A stretch of DNA of 49,402 nt from a virus (lineage: Duplodnaviria > Caudoviricetes), in IMG/VR virus record IMGVR_UViG_3300008097_000009, positions 1 through 49,402 of that record; one strand, given 5' to 3'. Shown piece after piece: positions 44,792 to 49,402 of this stretch (position 1 is its first letter; each line of letters starts with the position of its first letter). The notes beneath the pieces were generated by a model. The model searched no databases and was not told the DNA's origin. It saw only the letters and a program-made list of their open reading frames with translations. A program made the translations under genes and the position numbers.

Positions 44792-45128
44792 GTCCTTTTT
44801 GTTGTTCTTTCACCATAATATCAATTCGATCTCGTAACTGCTTGAACATCTGAGGTACAGTAAGATCTTTATCAACACCCATGAGAACAACACCTTGTTT
44901 CATGTTCTCGATAACTGCTTTAGCATCTTCATCATCACTCAACTTCATCCTGTTATACATGATCTCTTGCATCTCAAGAAGTCTTTCAAGTATAACTAAG
45001 TACTCATCCTTCTTCTCTTTACTAAGGACAGGAAAGCTTATAGCATACTTCATCAGAAGTTGCTGCAGCTCCATCATCTCTTGGATCTCTCCTCTAACTA
45101 ATTCTGATTTAAAAAATTCGGAAGTCAT
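44775..45128 (-). CDS. DUF1825-like helical protein
   Basis: 'FFKSELVR.E', 'L.E.Q.I.Y.R.KLSDD.DA'; position after gp33. Confidence 0.7.
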   Translation of the reverse strand: MTSEFFKSELVRGEIQEMMELQQLLMKYAISFPVLSKEKKDEYLVILERLLEMQEIMYNRMKLSDDEDAKAVIENMKQGVVLMGVDKDLTVPQMFKQLRDRIDIMVKEQQKGQKGVD

Positions 45129-45379
45129 ACTAGCATTAATTTGGCTCTGGATGTACGTTTAATAAAGTTCAGTTTCTGTGCGTCAAACTTAAGTTTCTCT
45201 TTCAATGGTTTGGAAATGAGTTTAGGAACTGTCTCCAATTCAATCTCATTTTGATCACAGTAGTGAATGATAGCATCAATATAGTTCATATCTATATTAT
45301 CAAAAACTATTCTTTCAACTTCCTGCGAAAACTTAGCCGCAGTCATAAATTTATCCTCTAATAGTTTGCTTTTTTCCAT
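45125..45379 (-). CDS. gp33: late transcription coactivator gp33
   Basis: 'FS.E.E.......YIDAI.HYC..N.IE.E.VPKLISKPLKEKL..DA..LNF'. Confidence 0.9.
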   Translation of the reverse strand: MEKSKLLEDKFMTAAKFSQEVERIVFDNIDMNYIDAIIHYCDQNEIELETVPKLISKPLKEKLKFDAQKLNFIKRTSRAKLMLV

Positions 45380-46052
45380 GTGTATTATTGTATTCGTCTA
45401 TGTATTTGAGAAGAGTAGTTAAGTACTCCCTCTTTAAAGGACGAACCTCAACTTGTGTGTCTCCGTTTTCGCAAGCAACTATAGTTACTAACTGCTTAAC
45501 ATTAAGATCATATCTTTCCTTGAGCATACATGCATACGCACACTCTTGAACAAAATAATCATAAAGATACTCTACCTTCTTTGGTTCAGCAGATGTTTTA
45601 AAATCTATAATTGATAGTTCCCCATCAAATTCTGCTATACAATCAACACGCCCTGCTAATTTTAATGTATCAGAGTACAGAGCAGCTTCTTGTAAGTATA
45701 TTTTATTTATGCGGTCTAAGCTTGCCCTAGAATGATGGAACATCACTACAGGTAGCGGAAACTTTTTATAATCATCAAGGTCTAAAACATTATTAATGTA
45801 GTCCTCGACTATGGAGTGGTACTTAGTACCACGACTTGTAGATCTCTTAGATATAGCGTTAGCTTTATCCTCACCTACACGCTTCCTCCACTTCATTATA
45901 CCTTTCATCTTAGCAGGGTTACTACCTATTACAGTAGTGACGGAAGCATACTTCTCACCTTGTGGTGTAAGATACACTCTCTTACCAGAATCCTCATCAG
46001 TCTTTGCCTCCATCTCAATAGGAGTTATGTCCTCTAGATGTATGAAAGTCAT
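45351..46052 (-). CDS. PD-(D/E)XK exonuclease
   Basis: 'Y.SVTTV', 'RGT.YH...E', 'AGRVDCIAE.DG.LSIIDFKTS' and 'YFVQ..AY'. Confidence 0.88.
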   Translation of the reverse strand: MTFIHLEDITPIEMEAKTDEDSGKRVYLTPQGEKYASVTTVIGSNPAKMKGIMKWRKRVGEDKANAISKRSTSRGTKYHSIVEDYINNVLDLDDYKKFPLPVVMFHHSRASLDRINKIYLQEAALYSDTLKLAGRVDCIAEFDGELSIIDFKTSAEPKKVEYLYDYFVQECAYACMLKERYDLNVKQLVTIVACENGDTQVEVRPLKREYLTTLLKYIDEYNNTHGKKQTIRG

Positions 46053-46708
46053 TTGATTTCTAATGTAGCGGAAGATAAGTTTGGAACATATGGAAGTTGA
46101 TCCGTCACCTCCTTCGGAACATTATCACTCATAGGTTTTATTGAAGCCATATTAATACTTCCATAAGGCATAGAGTTAAATGATATTGACCATCTATCAA
46201 CATAATCTAGATTAACTGCTCCATGTTCCATCCACCAAGGAAATATAATTAACTGACCAGGCTTAGTAGGAACATCATACTGTTTAGCCTGATCAGACAG
46301 AGGCATGGTAGACTCAAACATTCTAAACTGTACAGGATCTTTAAAAGATAACATACCTGCATCATTAATGCAAAAAGTACCACTAAAAGCACTCATAGGA
46401 TGTAAATGCCAAGGTAATACAGCACGATTTCTATACCTATTAACCCAAGAAGAACAAATTCTAAGACCATCACACTGTAACTTATGATGATCTTTCACCT
46501 GAGATAAACAATCCTCTATAAATTCTGATAGCTCAGGAAATAATTTTAATGCAGTTGGGTATGATTGTGATACATCTCTGGGTTCTGTAGCAGAAAAAGA
46601 ACCACCAAGATCTTTTTGATTTATTATACATTTCTCTAGAACATCATTGAGATCACCATCCCAATCAAATGTAAATATCTCTACTGGAAAGAGTTCTAAA
46701 GTATTCAT
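46049..46708 (-). CDS. putative 2OG-Fe(II) oxygenase (TIGR02466-like)
   Basis: 'LFPV', 'SWVN......HLHP.S.FSG', 'G.LIIFP.W.EH' and 'RWSISFN'. Confidence 0.82.
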   Translation of the reverse strand: MNTLELFPVEIFTFDWDGDLNDVLEKCIINQKDLGGSFSATEPRDVSQSYPTALKLFPELSEFIEDCLSQVKDHHKLQCDGLRICSSWVNRYRNRAVLPWHLHPMSAFSGTFCINDAGMLSFKDPVQFRMFESTMPLSDQAKQYDVPTKPGQLIIFPWWMEHGAVNLDYVDRWSISFNSMPYGSINMASIKPMSDNVPKEVTDQLPYVPNLSSATLEIK

Positions 46709-47448
46709 TCGTTCTGTCCTGTATTAATTTTACTGATAAGGTAAGACTTAACAAGACCCGACCTAATGATATCCTCGACACCAAACTCAACAGAAGAGAA
46801 CTCATCCATTGCCTCAAGGATACGTTGAAAATCTAAGATACCATTCTTCTCATTCTGTCTTACTAGGTCAGTCTGGAAGACATCACCAGCAAATATAATC
46901 CTTGAGTCTTGCCCTACCCTAGTGATTATACTATCTAACTCATGGAAGTTCAAGTTCTGTGACTCATCAACCAATACAATAGCATTGTCTAGTGTAGTAC
47001 CACGTATGAATGAGGTAGACCAGAAAGATATAGTCTCTTGGTGCTTGAGGTTTTCATACAGCATATCAAATGCATTATCATCAGGCATCTTAAACATATG
47101 CCTAACCATATTCTTGTATGGTATCTGATATAGTAATGCCTTATCATCATGGTCACCAGGTAGGAAACCAATCTCTCTTGTAGATACTAATGACCTAACA
47201 ATATATAATTTCTGATATGGATTGTTGTCTGATAATATATCCTTGAGTGCAAGATACAATGCAATGAATGTCTTACCTGTACCAGCACACCCATAGGTGA
47301 ATAGGTTCTGACCTTTCTCCCACTCATCAAACATCACCATCTGATTCTCAGTCAGTGGTGTGATATCAAGAAGGAAGTTCTGATTGATAGGTTTCTTTCT
47401 CTTCGCTGTCCTCTTGGTAGGTTGTCCGTTAGCTTTAGTAGTAGCCAT
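46705..47448 (-). CDS. phoH: PhoH-family ATPase
   Basis: 'PLTENQ', Walker A GCAGTGKT, 'IGFLPG', 'RGTTL', 'DESQN' and 'IIRSGLV'. Start placed at the TAATG overlap. Confidence 0.95.
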   Translation of the reverse strand: MATTKANGQPTKRTAKRKKPINQNFLLDITPLTENQMVMFDEWEKGQNLFTYGCAGTGKTFIALYLALKDILSDNNPYQKLYIVRSLVSTREIGFLPGDHDDKALLYQIPYKNMVRHMFKMPDDNAFDMLYENLKHQETISFWSTSFIRGTTLDNAIVLVDESQNLNFHELDSIITRVGQDSRIIFAGDVFQTDLVRQNEKNGILDFQRILEAMDEFSSVEFGVEDIIRSGLVKSYLISKINTGQNE

Positions 47449-47693
47449 TACCAACCCCTCACTCTCGACTTAGGTTGCTTCTGCACCTTGTTCTTCATAA
47501 TATCTGCCCATCCTGGATGTGTCTTGGTCATTTTATCACGCCAGTCTCCTACCTCACCAACACCAGCACAACCTTGAGACCAGTCTTTATCCCAGTCAGG
47601 ATTGTCCTTTCTCCATTGCTCATACTCTTTCATGGTCATGGAGAGTTCTTTAGTCTCTCCTGTCTCTTTATGTTTAAGTGGGTAGGTTGGCAT
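47448..47693 (-). CDS. hypothetical cyanophage protein (MPTY- start, FmdB-like without the Zn cysteines)
   Basis: TAATG coupling on both sides. Confidence 0.75.
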   Translation of the reverse strand: MPTYPLKHKETGETKELSMTMKEYEQWRKDNPDWDKDWSQGCAGVGEVGDWRDKMTKTHPGWADIMKNKVQKQPKSRVRGW

Positions 47694-48388
47694 TAATTAT
47701 TTCCTCCTGTTAGTTTAGACTTGATAAACTTAAATGCTAATTTTATTAATTGCTGTAGAGCATTGCCCTGAATCTCATCAAACAAATACATGTTTAATTT
47801 AAAGGCATGGTTTGCCTCTGCAATTAAAGCATTGATCTCGCTCTCGTTAAGCTCGAGACCATCCAAGACTGCTTTGTAGTTAGTCTTAAATGCTTTAGCA
47901 TCCTCTATCCTAGGGAAGTCATAGAAGTGTAGTCCTTCACCCTCCTTTGGTTGTAAAGCTTTCTGTGCTATACCCTTAAGGATCTGACCACCAGATAGAT
48001 CACCAATGTATCTAGTATAATGATGAGCAATCAATAGGTAGGGATCTTTCTCTGCTACCTCATTAATTCTGTGACAGTATGCATTACATGCTTCCGAAGG
48101 AATCATTAGATCTCTGTACATAGGACCATAATAATATCTAAGATCACGCTGTAAGAATGCAGTACGAAATAGATCTACATTAAACTGTTGTAATACTTTT
48201 GCTTTGGGATCAGTAGTCTTTACTATCAACTGCTCCATTGTATCATACACATAGTAGAAGTCAGTGATGAGCTTACGATACTCTTCAGGATCTAATACCC
48301 CCTTGAGGAATTGAGATACAAATTTAGTATTCTCTGCTGCATTATGAGACTTCTTAGTGCCTTCTTTTAATCTAGTAGTGAAAGTCAT
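47693..48388 (-). CDS. ho1: heme oxygenase
   Basis: 'LKEGTKKSH.AAEN', 'HHYTRYIGDLSGGQIL' and 'EAN.AF.LN'. Confidence 0.96.
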   Translation of the reverse strand: MTFTTRLKEGTKKSHNAAENTKFVSQFLKGVLDPEEYRKLITDFYYVYDTMEQLIVKTTDPKAKVLQQFNVDLFRTAFLQRDLRYYYGPMYRDLMIPSEACNAYCHRINEVAEKDPYLLIAHHYTRYIGDLSGGQILKGIAQKALQPKEGEGLHFYDFPRIEDAKAFKTNYKAVLDGLELNESEINALIAEANHAFKLNMYLFDEIQGNALQQLIKLAFKFIKSKLTGGNN

Positions 48389-48768
48389 TTCTTTATTCTC
48401 CTAGGTACTTTGATTGTCCATGCTGATGATACTAGATCAACCATTTCAAACTCTTTCTTTGCTTTCTCTCTCTGCTTAGCTTCCTTCTCAAAGGTAGCAG
48501 CAGGTTCGTTACCAGCAGTCTCACCGTAGTGAGGATCCCAGATCTCTGGGTGCTCATGGTTATCAAAGAACTCTAGTATAGCTTGATCAATCATACTATA
48601 CATTGTATCCCAAGTCAACGTCCTTCTTAATGTCTCTGCTAGGTACTCGTTTTGATTGACGGACATCTCACACTTGAGATGCTCTCCTCTTGCCCACACC
48701 AATTCATTAAGATCAATTGTTATCTGTACACGATTGTGTACACCTGTATTAGTATCGTAAGGTTCCAT
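48385..48768 (-). CDS. hypothetical protein
   Basis: Translationally coupled; paralogue-like to the next ORF. Confidence 0.7.
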   Translation of the reverse strand: MEPYDTNTGVHNRVQITIDLNELVWARGEHLKCEMSVNQNEYLAETLRRTLTWDTMYSMIDQAILEFFDNHEHPEIWDPHYGETAGNEPAATFEKEAKQREKAKKEFEMVDLVSSAWTIKVPRRIKK

Positions 48769-49031
48769 TAGTCCTCAAGGTCAGGTAGTTTCTTTTCAAC
48801 CCAGTGTTCTGAGTTATCAATACCAGCAGCAGTAACATACCTCATGATATGCTCATCAATCTGATGATAGACTGGATGTAGATCCAAATCCATGTTAATG
48901 TCGTGTGCTATCTGTGATATCTGATCTGCTGAGAAGCAATGATCAGGATGTAATAGATCACAACATGGTATTCTTTTTTCGATTAGTTCATTTAGATTGA
49001 TTCTAATCTCGTAGTCTCTGTATACAGGCAT
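48768..49031 (-). CDS. hypothetical protein
   Basis: Start placed at the TAATG overlap with the thyX stop. Confidence 0.7.
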   Translation of the reverse strand: MPVYRDYEIRINLNELIEKRIPCCDLLHPDHCFSADQISQIAHDINMDLDLHPVYHQIDEHIMRYVTAAGIDNSEHWVEKKLPDLED

Positions 49032-49402
49032 TAATTCCACTCCAATGCTTCAGAACAAATAGGAAATTCTTTCTTGAATATATCTCTACACATCTCAGCA
49101 ATTTCCATGTGTTCTTTCTGAGTACCATGTGCAGAACGTAGGTCTATGTAGTGCACCCATGAACGTACACTACCAGTCATATACAGACGTGTTGGTGTAG
49201 CAAGTGGTAGGACAAACCTAGCACACTCCTTAGCAACACCATCCTTTAACATGTTCTGGTACAACCTCATTCCTTGCTTGAAATGTTGTTCCATCTTTCT
49301 ATTATAATGATTGATCTTTCTCTGATCCATATCATCAGTAGAATTCTGACGGTTCTTTAAGTCTTGTCTACGTAGTTCAGGCAAAGGAATCTCATCAGCA
49401 AG
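49031..49402 (-). CDS. thyX: FAD-dependent thymidylate synthase, C-terminal part (start outside window)
   Basis: 'LRRQD.KNRQNS' and 'GVAKECARFVLP....TRLYMTG..RSW.HY..LR...GTQKEH'. Confidence 0.93.
   Translation of the reverse strand, partial: LADEIPLPELRRQDLKNRQNSTDDMDQRKINHYNRKMEQHFKQGMRLYQNMLKDGVAKECARFVLPLATPTRLYMTGSVRSWVHYIDLRSAHGTQKEHMEIAEMCRDIFKKEFPICSEALEWN

Noticed and set aside
45351-46052. Cas4 / CRISPR association of the exonuclease
   Set aside because: No array or other cas genes and no four-Cys Fe-S set; it sits in the usual phoH-exonuclease-gp33 core context.
47448-47700. Pho box upstream of phoH
   Set aside because: phoH is translationally coupled to the upstream gene, and I could not see convincing tandem Pho-box repeats.
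49031-49402. Intron or intein in thyX or other core genes
   Set aside because: The visible core genes are uninterrupted and of ordinary length; no homing endonuclease or intein motifs were noticed.

Overview
A 49.4-kb segment of an AT-rich T4-like marine cyanomyovirus genome; the host is probably Prochlorococcus or marine Synechococcus. Nearly all genes are on the minus strand. From right to left: thyX (cut by the window edge), ho1, phoH, an exonuclease, gp33, a DUF1825-like gene, a structured ncRNA and gp32; a plus-strand block gp4-gp2-gp48-gp53; a baseplate-hub module (gp54-like, gp26, gp51, gp29-like with a SleB-type hydrolase domain, gp27-like, cp12, split gp5); a small lipoprotein, a beta-barrel-like outer-membrane protein with a structured leader, a ParB-like protein and cpeT; tRNA-Thr(UGU) and a permuted two-piece tmRNA; a 4316-aa virion fibre protein, three tail-collar proteins and a tail chaperone; and a cluster of small genes ending in a SET-domain protein and an N4/N6 DNA methyltransferase. 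Nine 2OG-Fe(II) oxygenase-like genes are scattered through the window. Most notable: (1) the giant fibre has ten ~104-aa Cys/His domains nested inside one another like balanced parentheses, up to 7 deep, implying a branched protein tree; (2) the phage tmRNA tag ends in -LATV rather than -AA; (3) a candidate programmed -1 frameshift (T TTT TTC) would fuse gp26 to gp51 just upstream of the tape-measure-like gene. All family assignments come from manual motif recognition; no database search was run.
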